NCBI GenBank assembly: GCA_002633005.1
Contig: NMRA01000215.1
Location: forward strand, 258,690 to 322,689
Source of the DNA: Phoronis australis
Lineage: Eukaryota > Animalia > Phoronida
Length of the DNA stretch: 64,000 nucleotides
Reading direction: 5' to 3'
Shown: one piece after another, positions 51,716 through 64,000 of the stretch
How positions within the stretch are numbered: the first letter of the stretch is position 1
Layout: every line of letters begins with the position of its first letter
Position numbers and translations under genes: made by a program
The notes under the pieces: model-generated
Databases searched by the model: none
The model's input: only the letters and a program-made list of their open reading frames with translations
Told to the model about the DNA's origin: nothing

Positions 51716-52154
51716 CAGTGCCCAGTTGCATGAAACAGTCCCAGATAGGGACTCAACTAAGTTCCCTAAAACTACTGCGCATTTTTGGACTTCTGGAAAC
51801 AACGATTGCCCTTTCTTTTATTGTTTTAGTTTCATTATCAAGTCAGCTTTTGACTTTGATACAAATCGAGAGTGAACTCTTCGTTTAATTGTTAATATTA
51901 TCAAAAATAATTAGTGATCTTTTCATGCAATACCCCCAATTTAAGGAGTGAGTCCCTATTTATTTTCAATGAAATCTGGGCTCAGTTGTTAGTAATATTA
52001 TTAGAAAATGTCAATAATCAAAGAGGAGCTCATAATAAAGATGAAATGATAGAAAAATATGCATCTGTGAGTCCATAAAGACACAAATATGCAAAAAGAC
52101 TTAGGGACCTTAGTTGAGTCCCTATTTGGGACTGTTTCATGCAACTGACCACAG
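51716..52154 (-). mobile_element. MITE of about 430 bp, copy B (inverted relative to 27908..28328)
   Basis: TIR CAGTTGCATGAAACAGTCCC / GGGACTGTTTCATGCAACTG; body aligns with copy A. Confidence 0.9.
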
Positions 52155-55100
52155 GACCTAGACAACACCCCTCCTTTCAATTGTTGATTGTAACATGAAG
52201 AGGATACTAGCAGTGAAATTTATAGAACTTTTCAACAGGGTTCAACTGAACAATGTTGTAAGCAGATATTTAAATAAACTTGATCAAATGCATTTTGAAA
52301 ATCACTAAACAACTTCTTGTCAACAATTGAACCATGGTAAATACAATGTAAGAATACTTGAAGACAAAAGGTAGGAATGTGGAATCCTAAACACTGTCAG
52401 TAAAATTCCTCTGCCGCCTTTAAAAGTCCAAATCATATAGTTTGAAATCTCAATCTTGAACTTGTACAAGATACTGCTTTGTTTCCGTGAACAGGGAGTG
52501 GGATGAGTACATGTTGCTGAAGAACAAGGCCATATGCCAACATAACACAAATTTCGCATACCTTATTTGACAGCCTATGATTCCCATACAAAAAAATCTG
52601 AAAACCCACATAAAAGTACTAAGTGAAAGTAAAAATTCACTGTATGGTGGACAACAGATTCAATAGAATGAAACGATCTACGTAAAATTTTAAACAAAAG
52701 GATAATGATGAAGTTTTAGATGCTTCATTAAAATGGACCTGTTTACTCCAAACAGGAATTGTTCAAAAGTTTCTTTTGGCACTTGCCTCAATAAAATAAT
52801 TTGCAACATTTTGGACAAAGCAAATTCCTCACAATGCCAAGTCTGGTTAAGTTCACAACTAAGACCAGTATTCAACCAAACATGGCACTACAATTGTTTC
52901 CTAACCCTGTGTAGAATAGCTACAGCATTTAATGTAAACTGTGGGCAAGCTTTTCAAAAACTTCCATGCTGGTTTTTGAACACTGAAGTGATTAAAAACA
53001 CCTATTTTCAAATAATCCCCCATTTACCCACAAAAACTACTGAATTGTACGCATCATATTGCACAATTAGTGTGATATAGTGTCAACAAAAGTGTAACTA
53101 TGCCAGCAGCAAGCTTCAAGTGTCCATCCTCAAAACCGCTCACTAATGAAAATGGTGATAATTGAGAATGGTCCCATGTTCAAAATATTCTTTCAAAACA
53201 CATGGGATGGTTTAATACAAGCTTTAAAATTTTCCAGCAGTAAAAAGGGATGTGAATATTTTTACTTTTTGTTTATAGAAATGATGCAAATTAGCAACCT
53301 GTTTAAATAGAAACAGACTAGGCACTGACCAAACTGACTCTAAGAGAAAGGTTTTGATAGCAGAGCACAAACAACTTTGGCACTTGACGTGAATTATGTC
53401 AAACATACATACTGTCTGCTGCATTCTTGCATTTTTTAAGTCAACACAAGACTATTAATGGACAGCTCAACATGAGATCCCAGTGCACTTTTATATAGTG
53501 CAGTTCAACATGGTGTCAGATGATAAGATAAACATCTTAAAATCATTTTCATGCCAACTTTGGTTCAAGCTAAAGGAGGAATTTAATGTTGTTACCTTAT
53601 TTTAAAAGAGTAGAATCTAGGATGTCATCAGGACGCCCAGTCATAATTACTCAGGATGAAACGGTTCATAACCTCTAAAAACAACATGTAAATCTAGCCA
53701 TGGGAAGTATTTCTCCTCAGGGGTATTTCTTCAAACAACACTCGGGGAGGGGGGGGAACCATCATCTTTGGCAAATTTCCATATTTATATTCATCTCTGG
53801 CTGCATGTGTGAGTTGAGAAGACAGTCAAGTTTATATGGGGACATTCCAAAATAACTTCAATGCATGTTCAATACAAAACACATAAACAATTAAAATGTT
53901 CTTTTCTTGTTTCCAACATTAAGCAATGTTGGAGCATTACATACAAGGCATGCATTCAATTATGGTTGGAAACAAATCATCAATACTGCCTCTGCTGTTG
54001 TTATACTATCTCAAATCACAGAAAGAACAAGGCTAACAATAAAGACCAAGATAGCATTATTTTAAAAAACTTCACGACCAGAGTATGTGAGACATTGCGA
54101 TGGTCTAACAGGTAAGAGAAATTTTAGCATTCATTTGGCAGTTTGTCCTTGTTTATTACAATATTAAATGTGGCTGAACCTCTGGACCTGCACCTGTATC
54201 ATTGGGCATAAATTTGGTTTTAATTCACTTTCAGGATGGATCAGTAAATAAAAATACCAAGTCTTCCTTTAAGAACAGAGTGATGGCAAAACTAGCACAT
54301 TTCAGAAACAGTGGTATGCCGTCAGACAGGTCTGAGTGGCAACGAAATGCGACAAATGCTCTCTTTCAAAAGTTGGCATTTTGGACAGCACCATACCCAT
54401 AGAATGTCAGTCTCACTTTACTACAGAAAACTTAATAAAGACCTACCAGGATCAACAATTTTTTCAGACAAAAAATGGCAAGAAATGTGCGTTTTTGATT
54501 GCCACAGACGATAAAAAACGGAATATGGAATTCAGTGGCTTGGTTTTCATCACTCAAAACTGCTGTAAATCTGCCTTCAGTCAAAAAAACTAAGTTTTGA
54601 TTTTGACCACTTACAGTTATCCAAAACCCAAAAACTTCTCATATCAGCAAGGAACAGATTGAGACCAGTTCCACTACAGTAAATTGGCTAAATAAAAAGA
54701 TTGTTACTTTGATTGAGTAAACCTGGGTTTATTGCTGCTTAAAATTAGTAAAATTCACATATGGATACAACATTTGCAACACAACCTCAGAAAAACTAAT
54801 TGACAAAATTGGTCATTTTTCATTTCTCTAAGTCTTCTAACATTATTTCAGTAGTGCTCACAACGTCTCAAAACAGTGGCTGGTGATAGGTATGGTGCTT
54901 AACTTGACTGTTGTTCAAGTATAGAATGGTCATTGCAAACCAGCTGCTGCAATAAAATAGATTTTTTCGCTATAATCAATAAATTCAACATTCTTATCTA
55001 CTACAAGTCTACTTCTGAACACAATTTCCGGAGGTCCCGGATTTTGAGAACCAGTTTAAAGACCTGTCATTCAGTGGAGAAAACTGGTTATCACAATATG

Positions 55101-55820
55101 AGACCCTGCAAGTTACCCAATTTCAATTATGCATGTACTAACTCATGACTCCAGTCAGAGAGTGAAAAGACTGGTGAGAGTGAACTGCAATCCATGTCAA
55201 ATTTGTTAGAATTATGGTGGATGGTAAAAGGAACACAAGTTGTAAGAAAAATTAAGGCAATGCGATAAAATGGTGTTTATGAAAACGCCGGTACTGTGTT
55301 TGAGACCGGCCATGACTTCTCACCTATTTCACAATGACATAATTGTCATTTCGCTATTTTCTAAGATGGATTACCTTGCTTCAAATCATAAAAACTTTAC
55401 CAAATGCCATTTTAAGACATCTGTACAGAACAAACCAAGCAAATAGTACAATAAAAATTCTTTTTATTTTTTAAATAAATATGAGATAATACGTTTCACC
55501 TGGCAAACACATTAGGTGCTAAATAGTTGAAGAATTGTCATATCTTCTGAAAGTCACAGTTAAGCCTGTTAAGAAAATTATGTAAGAGCAATCGTTGCAA
55601 TAAGTTTGTGGTTGCAAACTCAGAATACCCAGCATAGCACTTTGCTAATCACTCTTCGTTTGTATTTTATAGGATTACAAGATAGTAAAATCTGAACATT
55701 GCAATGTGGGGACCTAACTGCATACTTATCACAGGAATGCTCTTAAAGAAGAACATTTCGATGTATCGTAGCAAGAAGTTGTCAAATTATCAGAAACACA
55801 ACTTTCAGCTACTTCATAAC

Positions 55821-55924
55821 AGACCAAGTGGATACCCCCGCTCATTAGACCAAGTGGATACCCCCGCTCATTAGACCAAGTGGATACCCCCGCTCATTAG
55901 ACCAAGTGGATACCCCCGTTCATT
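55821..55924. repeat. 26-bp minisatellite x4 (AGACCAAGTGGATACCCCCGCTCATT)
   Basis: Copies at 55821, 55847, 55873 and 55899; one substitution in the last copy. Confidence 0.97.
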
Positions 55925-58389
55925 CATGTTTTAAACAAAGCAGCACCATGATATTCTTTCAAGTACTTCACCATTGGTTACACCTTGAAACAACAACAGA
56001 AAGTAGATAAAGACAACATACGTTCCAGTACAAATACAAATACAAATTGCCTCAGATGCAATAAAGTTGAACCGATTTTTTTTAAATGAAGAAGCATTTC
56101 TCCATCAATATTTGAAGGTGCATTAAAATCTCATTTACAGATGACCCATCATTTTAATACATCCATAATTTTGTACGCGTTTGCCATGATATATGAAATG
56201 TATCAAATGATAGTCACATATCCAGGAACATTAATCGACACAAATGTAGGTGTACAACCTTATCTTGGTGACTATTTTTATTTATCAGTTACAGACTTTG
56301 CTACACCAAGACTAGGCTAGGCAAGGTGCCCAATTCCAGCCAAGCAGCAAGTCAAGCATATTCATAAAGACATGACTGAGTTACTTCAAGTAGTAACTGA
56401 TTTTGAGATTTATCATATATCTCAAATTCTGGACAATGCATTTTTGTATCAACAGAGTCGGAAAATAGAGTTCGCAGTTCATAAAATCATGAAAAAAATG
56501 GCTGCCGACGCAACCTTTTCACGATGCAACCTTTTCACGCATCCTAATAGTGCGCAACAAAGAGGAGAATCACCATTTATCATTTATCATAATTCTTGAA
56601 TTTGGGACGGCCAATATTGGCTGTTTCTAAAATTTGGTACAAGATCTAACTTTGAGCTTACATAAATTTTCACTGTCCCAAATTGGAGAACTTTTAAAAT
56701 AATATGTTTTTGTCAGCACAAAATACCTGTGTGACAGAAAATATTTGTGTTACGGTAAATATTTGTGTAATGGAAAAAATCGTCTGTGTCTACTGGATGA
56801 CAGTGTACCACATATAAGTACGTAAGCAGACCAGTGCCGTACCATTTATCACCATTGAAACTTTAAACAAATGACTTCTTCAAACAGAGTGAGTGGCTTC
56901 AATTTAATACATCAAATACTTCAGTGTAAACAGATGCAACATTTTGAAAAAGGATATGATAACGAAGCGCCCACAAATATTACTAATAATTCCTAATGCC
57001 AAGAATGTCTTATCAGTTTATCAAGTCCTATCGGGAACCTAATCTTCCGAGATGGGATTACCACCTACACATTTCGTGAGTATGTAATTATGCAAGCAGA
57101 TAATACACAATTATTCTAATTACTCCTTAAGCTTATTCCATTTGTTACCAAAATTAGAATCTAAATGGTACTTCAACAACCTTTGCCAATGCACAGCTGA
57201 AAAGTTTCTCTTTGATCAGGAAGACACTTATATGCTGACTGACCAGTAACAGCTAGAGTTACATTATACACCACACAAGAATCTACTGCAACTAACTGGA
57301 AGTTTGAAGACAACACTCAGTAAAATACTTTCATTGAGAAAACACTGAAATTTTCATTTTTACATGCATTTTTTCACTTGGAATCATTTTCATAATTTTA
57401 GACTGCTTAATTTAATATTTTTAATGGGCAAATACTCTCCATTACTAATACTCTTCATTACAAATATCTCTCCATTACAGGACGATTTGGGTGTTCACCA
57501 CATTTGTCAAATTTCCGACAATGTGTTTTCAATTTACAGTGTGGCTAATTTTGCCGTCTTTCAGGTGATTCTTGAATTCGAGATGGCCAATAGCATCCAT
57601 TTCTAGAATTTGGGACTCGCACACAAAATTATCTACCCTGTGTTAATGAGTTATTACAGCCAGTGTTCAACACTACAATGAAGTCATGCTAATGCCATAT
57701 TTGCTCTTCTCTACACCAATGAAACTTCAATCAGTGTTTGAGAAGGGTTGATGGAGCAGTATATGGACATAATTGAGTGCCCTCTCTGGGAAACCTGTGT
57801 GTCGCTTGTGGTTCTTGCACAAATCTATTGATGAAGTGCAAGGGCCAGTGAAATGGGTAGAGTTTATGGATATGACCGAGATCTATTCTGAAAAAAAATA
57901 ATTCTTCACTTTTCGAAATTTTTAACATATCTAACCTGGTATTTTCATCCCCACAATGCGACTCTTGAAAAATAACACTCGGTCAGTGGTACTCAAAACA
58001 AACCTCTTTAAATTTTTAAGCACTTAAGTTCTGTATGTATGTGTCACTATTGAAGGTGTTGTAAATCGGCTCCTGTCAAAAACAACTTTTGATTTAGGCC
58101 ACCGTAATATCGGTGTCAACATGTTACCTCACCCAGATTATAACAGCTTTCTGAACATACATTCAGAATTGCTTGAGGGCCGGAGCTTGGTGCATAAAAT
58201 AATCCACACTGAAAAGCCAACTTGTTATGCCTGGTCTCGAAGCTATAACAAACAGTCAGTTCGTTCTGGACCCAAATATCACTTCTAATTGGTCAGCCGA
58301 GACCAGTTTTAAGACTGTAAGCAGTGTAATTCGAAATTTTTTTCATATACTTGACATCTGCATACACGCAACATTACAGTATCTTGAGA

Positions 58390-58723
58390 CAAGTTTTGCT
58401 GAATACAATGTTCTGTTTGTTTTTAATGGCCTTAATAGATAAACGCTCTAATTGGCAGCAGGCTGAACTCGCGTCAGGCATTAGTTTATGTAAAAAAATA
58501 ATTCAGGCTCATGAGAGACAATGTACTGGGTTATATATATTCTCGTGATTTGAATATGAACCCTGAAATATTGACTTTTTGTGCTTTCCTCATTGTCATG
58601 TGATTGGGTCATCGTTTACATCAAATGACGCCTGACACCCCTGAGATCAGCCTGCTGCTTATTAGAGTGTTTATCTATTAAGGCCATTAAAAACAAGCAG
58701 AACATCATGTTCATCAAAACATG
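58390..58723. repeat. Fold-back inverted repeat, arms of about 105 bp around a spacer of about 120 bp (MITE-like)
   Basis: TGTTTTTAATGGCCTTAATAGATAAAC is inverted as GTTTATCTATTAAGGCCATTAAAAACA; arms about 58390..58494 and 58615..58723. Confidence 0.9.
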
Positions 58724-60334
58724 TAACATTCTTGAATTGTTTTCCTGCAACATCAGACTTTGATCATAAATGAGACCAAAAGAACAGCTTTTAGTCAAGA
58801 AAAGCAGTTTGAATGACTTGCAAAATATTAAACGTTCCCAGAATGACAAATCAGTTATTTCTTTTAGACATAAAAATCCAACCACCCCATCTACTCATAA
58901 TCCCACAGGTAAAGACTTCTTAATGACTCAAAGATCAAAGTTTAACCCACTACCTCCCAATCTTAACACTATTTATCAGGGAATATAAATTCCAACAGGT
59001 TAAATTAGCAACAGATTATCTCATATTACAAAAATCGAACACTTTCAACCATCAAATTACAAGATAAATTACCTATGAGAACACTAATCCACATTACTAT
59101 TGGGGCAATCATCATAATTAATGACTACTTGATGCAATAAATGATATAAAACTGATATGTTGGGTTTCACAGCAGGTGGTCAATTTTTTTGCTTACACAA
59201 GACGGCTGCACTGCAACAAAAACTTGCATTAGTGAGGAATCTACCGGAGATATTACACGCCCAGAGATATTACACGTCCGATGATAACTTGATAACTAGT
59301 AACGCAACTTGCGGGATTAAAATGCTTGTTGGCTTAGTCACATTTCATCCTTGATCTCTGTGTGACATACCTGCATTCAAGTACATTCACCGAGTACATT
59401 CACCTTTTAAATTACCTAATCTAGACCGTTCCTCAAACTCTTCAAACACGTGATTGGACTACCAAAATTAGACCCTAATAAAGTAAATCTTCCAGAATAT
59501 GGGCCCCATCTTGAGGTCATGCTCTCAGCTTCCACTTTCACTTCCAGAAATAGACGAGAATCATTGAAGATTCTAAGACAATGCTCCCAGTCTCGTATTC
59601 CAAAGTGACGGTACTTCACCTCTATTTTTTCAGTAGTTTCCTACCTTAATTTTACATCCCATAAACACAAATGGCAATACATCTTTTTGGCACACCAATA
59701 AAACAGAATTCGCGTCACAATTTCATTGTTATAGGCCATCCTGAGTAGACAGCTCACCAACAAAGAACGGTTAATATTCCTGTGTTTCATAACGTTATTA
59801 TGATTGCAAGGCAAACTTAGGGACCTCAAGGACATGCTATGATCACTGGTACTGTTTGCGTCCACAAAAAGGGCGAAAAATTGTGTTAATGGTTGAGGCT
59901 ACTCGGATCTTACTGCTGTCCGATTAAAGTACAATAAAAAGTAATCCAGAGGAAAGACTTAAGGTTTTCAGACCATACTGAGTTGCCCGCCTGCCAACTC
60001 AACGGGAGTGATCAAAGGTCAGCTTGAACAAAAAATACAAAGTTTGGGACTTGCCATGGTGTAAACGGTGTTGTGATTACAATCCAATCATTTATGGCAG
60101 CACGTAGATAGGCAGTAAGTTTTATGACACTTAGCAACCCAACGCAAAGCACACTGAAAGCCTCCAGCACCACGACCAAAAATCGTTCGTAACTAAAAAG
60201 CAGTCAGTTACCGAACAGAAGCGAATAGCGACTGCACTTAACGAAACGAAGATGGTTGCAACGATACCTGTCGGAGCGAATTCTACGCGGCAGTTTTTGA
60301 GACGATTGTGAGATAAAAGCAGCTCGAACACGTT

Positions 60335-60336
<2 letters not shown>

Positions 60337-60370
<34 letters not shown>
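60337..60370. repeat. (TAA)n microsatellite, about 11 units, possibly a retroposon tail
   Basis: Read directly; follows a CpG-retaining segment. Confidence 0.9.
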
Positions 60371-60371
<1 letters not shown>

Positions 60372-61229
60372 TGTTCAGCAGGCAACATGTGATTTCACAC
60401 CCATATACACAAAGCTAATGGTGTAATGAGTAAACTAATGCAGAATCAAAACATTTGTTTGCACTTTTCCCTCGGCTAATACACTCAAATTGGTGACAAT
60501 AGGTTGCCCAGTCACGGCCATTTTACATTATGTTCCTAAAAATACCCTCCATGTGATCACAATCTTAGCCTAAATGTGTAACACACATAACGTGCCCAGG
60601 AATTCTAAGAAGTGGCTCTTTGATTAGAAATCTCGTTAAAAATAGTTAACCAATTTAATTTCTGAATGAAATTCACTTATTCTTTCTAATTCTCAGAATA
60701 TACAATTCTTATTCAGAAGAACACAATAATACAAAAGTGTCCCAAGTAGTCTTTCAAAAACTTCTGTCATTTCTTTACCAGTTCTTTGCTGAAATAAGAC
60801 TACAATAAAATCTCAACAGTTTTGACAAAAATAATTATACCAAAATTGTCTTTCCACAGTGATATCTCACAATTTCATAAAATATTGTTCTGCAGAAGCC
60901 ACAAAGCAAAACCAAAAGATGAAAGAGCGTTTATTTGCTATCACGGTATCTAAATACTCTGTTGAGAAATGAAAAATAGAACTTTGTTTGTCCCCCACAC
61001 TGTCTTATTACCCAAGTATGCAATGACTCCATTTACAGGTCATCAGCACCATTTTGGAAATCGCAGTGACACGACTGATTGACCACGGGTCTCCAGACAG
61101 ATTTCAGCCGACGAGAAAACTTATCAATGAAATGATGCGGACCTGCACTATGTCGTGTCAAAAGGATAAGCGCTGCTGAACCCCGCCACGTATGACGTGA
61201 CGTAGAGCTGTGAATTCGCCAGCTCTAAG

Positions 61230-61246
61230 TCACACCTAGGTGTGAA
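61230..61246. promoter_or_regulatory. Perfect palindromic T-box (Brachyury) binding site TCACACCTAGGTGTGA(A)
   Basis: Matches the first 17 nt of the in vitro selected T consensus T(G/C)ACACCTAGGTGTGAAATT; nearby half-sites and Fox motifs; function untested. Confidence 0.65.
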
Positions 61247-63081
61247 CGAAGACAGTTGTCGCCAGCTATGTACCATTAAAATAACAAATACCACTACGCT
61301 TCCTCTCCTCTTGGATACTGGATCAGTCGTGCTTGGAAACCCTGCGCAGCTAGGGACACCAGGGTGCTAATCGCCGGTCTCGATCGATGCGCAGAGGTGT
61401 TAATCATTTCGAGCATCCTTAAGCTATTTGACGACAACTTGTCGGCAACTTTACAGTCTGGTTAAAAATCAACAATTTGTTCATCTGTAATCATCCTTTC
61501 ATGCCTTATCTAGTCCTTCAGGTAGCTCTCGAGATTTTGTCGAGTTCAGTATAGCCCTGTTATCTCGTCTAGTTAGGTGCGAGGTAATTTAATATTTGGC
61601 TACCTGCAAGATATGTAGCTCTAATATAAACTGAATGACCAAATTAATGAGAACCATTAATGAATTGCAAAAACTATTACATACCCATACTTGGAAACAT
61701 CAATAATGACAATCTAACACTGCTTTTGAAGACAAGATTAATGATAAGACACTGATTGCATTGAATTGCTTGGATATCTCTGTCAACAAAAAAATTGAGA
61801 CTTTTGAAAACTTGGTTAACGCGAAACAGCCAATAATGTAAACTCCGAAGTCTCTCAACTTGGCGTTATTGATATTTCACAGACAACTACAATCCAGAGG
61901 TGTCAAAATCATACAAAAACACTTTCACATGGCTTATTTCTTAGACCTGTCCGATGTAATTAAAGAGAGACTGCCCACCTCAGTATTTGACACACATACC
62001 ATGGCGCACCCACACAAACCATGCAAGCACTCTTGAATTTGTGTACTAAAGATAGTTCAACTTTGGAGACAAATAAACACTGAGGCTGAGCGACCATGGA
62101 CTTGAGATAGGAAAAAGAGTAAACTGGGTCAAATCAGAAGGTTACTCATAACTGAGAATACTAAACATTACACATCTCTGTGTTTTTGTAATTATCCAGA
62201 AAAAAAACATCCAAGCAGGATAGCTCCATGAATTTATACATAGTCTAAAATTCCACACACATGCACAATGTAGAATCTCAGGATAGCTCACTGCAAAACT
62301 TTATTAAGTGAGCAGGTGGCCCAAGCCCAGTGTCTTCTGCAGTGTACTAGGCATGCCCAGGTCACAATGTTGACCCCATTTCAGTGACGAACTCTTTGAC
62401 TCATGAGGACCTTCCATGTAGAATTCCTTGTGGACAGTCAGCCAATTTGCCTATTTTTCCACAAATTGGAAACTATAAGACAGTCAAGTGTGATGGATTG
62501 TGAAACTTCATACAAACAAGTCATGTGAGAGTCAAGTAGTAGGTCACAAAGTCTTGAACAGGATTAACAGTTTCTTAGTGTCGACAGCATTTTCGTAACC
62601 AGCAGGGTTTGAAACTACGTGATATTGCAGGTAATATGTAATAAAATCAATTCAGACAGTCAACAAAATAATCAGAAAATTTCGCAACAACCAAGGGTGT
62701 TGCAACAGCTTGAAAACAGACCAAAATAGCGACAAGTTGCTTAATGCTTGAAAATAGCAAGGCAATTAGGCAATTACAAAGGAGGAAAATCAAAGGGTCT
62801 CTTTACAATAATTACAACCAATCGGATGATCTCTTGAATAAGCTTGCTAATAGTTTGTTGAATCGTTGTCAATTCATTAGTAGCGGTAAATTTCTGAGAG
62901 GATGATCCCTATTGGAATGCAGGTAGGAATTAATTGGATGGCTTTTACCTGTCTATACAAATAATGAGGAGAGAAGACCTGTCCATTGGTATTAAGTTAT
63001 AGGTTTTGGAGCAATCACACTTTTCACTTAAGAAATGAATGAGGGGTAGTATATTGCTTGGAGGGGGGCGGGGGGGGGGGG

Positions 63082-63090
63082 NNNNNNNNN
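63082..63090. other. Assembly gap (N run) within poly-G
   Basis: N run flanked by G tracts. Confidence 0.99.
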
Positions 63091-64000
63091 GGGGCAACAA
63101 TGATTTGCTATGTGTGCTTATTAACAAATCATTGGTAGTTTCATAAACAGAGATGGGGGCAAAAAGTGAAAGTGCCTCTAACAACTGCTAAACTACGCTA
63201 CTCGAGTTTTACTAAAACTTGGTGAGTTTCATTGTGTCTATGGTACACATACACGAGCGTAGTATCAAAATCTTACACACAGATTGGGACTCACAGAGGC
63301 TGACGAAAGAATTAAAATTGCCACTAGGTGACCCAACATTAGCAAAGTCATCTGAAAATCATTAAAAGGGGCAGAGCTGGCTGCCCAAATTCATGAAAAT
63401 CCTTCGGAGAGTTTGGCAAAAATAGATGACTCAAAAAAGCCAAGAAATAAAACTGTCAATGCAAAGGTGCAGCATCAGTTGAATGAAAAACAGGGGATGT
63501 AGTAATCTCCTGAACAAGGAGTGCGACCCAGTTTTAAACAGGAGCACAACTGCCAAATTTCCTCAAGATCCATCGAAGGAACCTGGTATACATAGACAGG
63601 TGCAAGAATGTAAAGCTACCGCTTGGGGCATTATGTGATTGTAGGATCTGTTCAAAAATTAAAATCATTCCATGCTCTTCATCAAGCAAACACACCTAAT
63701 GATTTTTACAGCCTTTTCGAGCAGTTTGGTGGACATAATCTAACCTGACATTCGAAAAATGAATAGGTATATAAAAATCTTAATAAACATGTCAACTCTC
63801 AAAGAAACGCTCTTGACATGCCACGCCTCTACGTTCAACAGAGTTCCAAAGTGATGCAGTGGCACGCCTTCCTGCACCACACCCCTGAAATGTTACCGAG
63901 ACGCAATTATCTCCTGCCAAAAAGGCACTTAAAAAGTAGAAGTACCGAAGACATCAGCCTGTAGATTAAATCCATTTCGCACAGCTTAACTCAAAGACAA

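Noticed and set aside
55821-55924. 26-bp repeats as a CRISPR array
   Set aside because: Head-to-tail copies without spacers.
61044-61068. miR-29-like AGCACCATTTTGGAAATC
   Set aside because: Needs indels to align, and there is no complementary upstream arm.

Overview
Eukaryotic (animal) genomic DNA, about 38-40% GC by eye, with spliceosomal introns. It is probably an invertebrate deuterostome and possibly an ascidian (inferred, not provable from the window). Only one protein-coding gene is firmly supported: a 6-coding-exon MMP21 orthologue on the + strand (CDS 41146..47100, 642 aa). It has a signal peptide, a Cys-rich prodomain with a variant cysteine switch and two furin sites, an intact HExxHxxGxxH zinc motif and a hemopexin domain. 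The 40 kb upstream is CpG-rich, has no recognisable coding gene, and contains candidate alternative first exons, a micro-exon and many MITEs, including a non-autonomous element with IS3EU-type ends and a 6-bp TSD. From about 42.5 kb onward the DNA is strongly CpG-depleted, consistent with a mosaic methylation domain. The most striking signal is a perfect palindromic Brachyury/T-box site (TCACACCTAGGTGTGA, 61230..61245) with extra T half-sites and Fox motifs, inside a CpG-retaining island 14 kb downstream of MMP21; it is a candidate notochord-type enhancer. Other leads are a spliced 31-aa signal-peptide micro-ORF just downstream of MMP21, a 13-nt miR-7 match, and two weak minus-strand spliced transcripts. 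Most ORFs in the supplied track are chance or repeat-derived. All counts were done by eye and no database searches were run.
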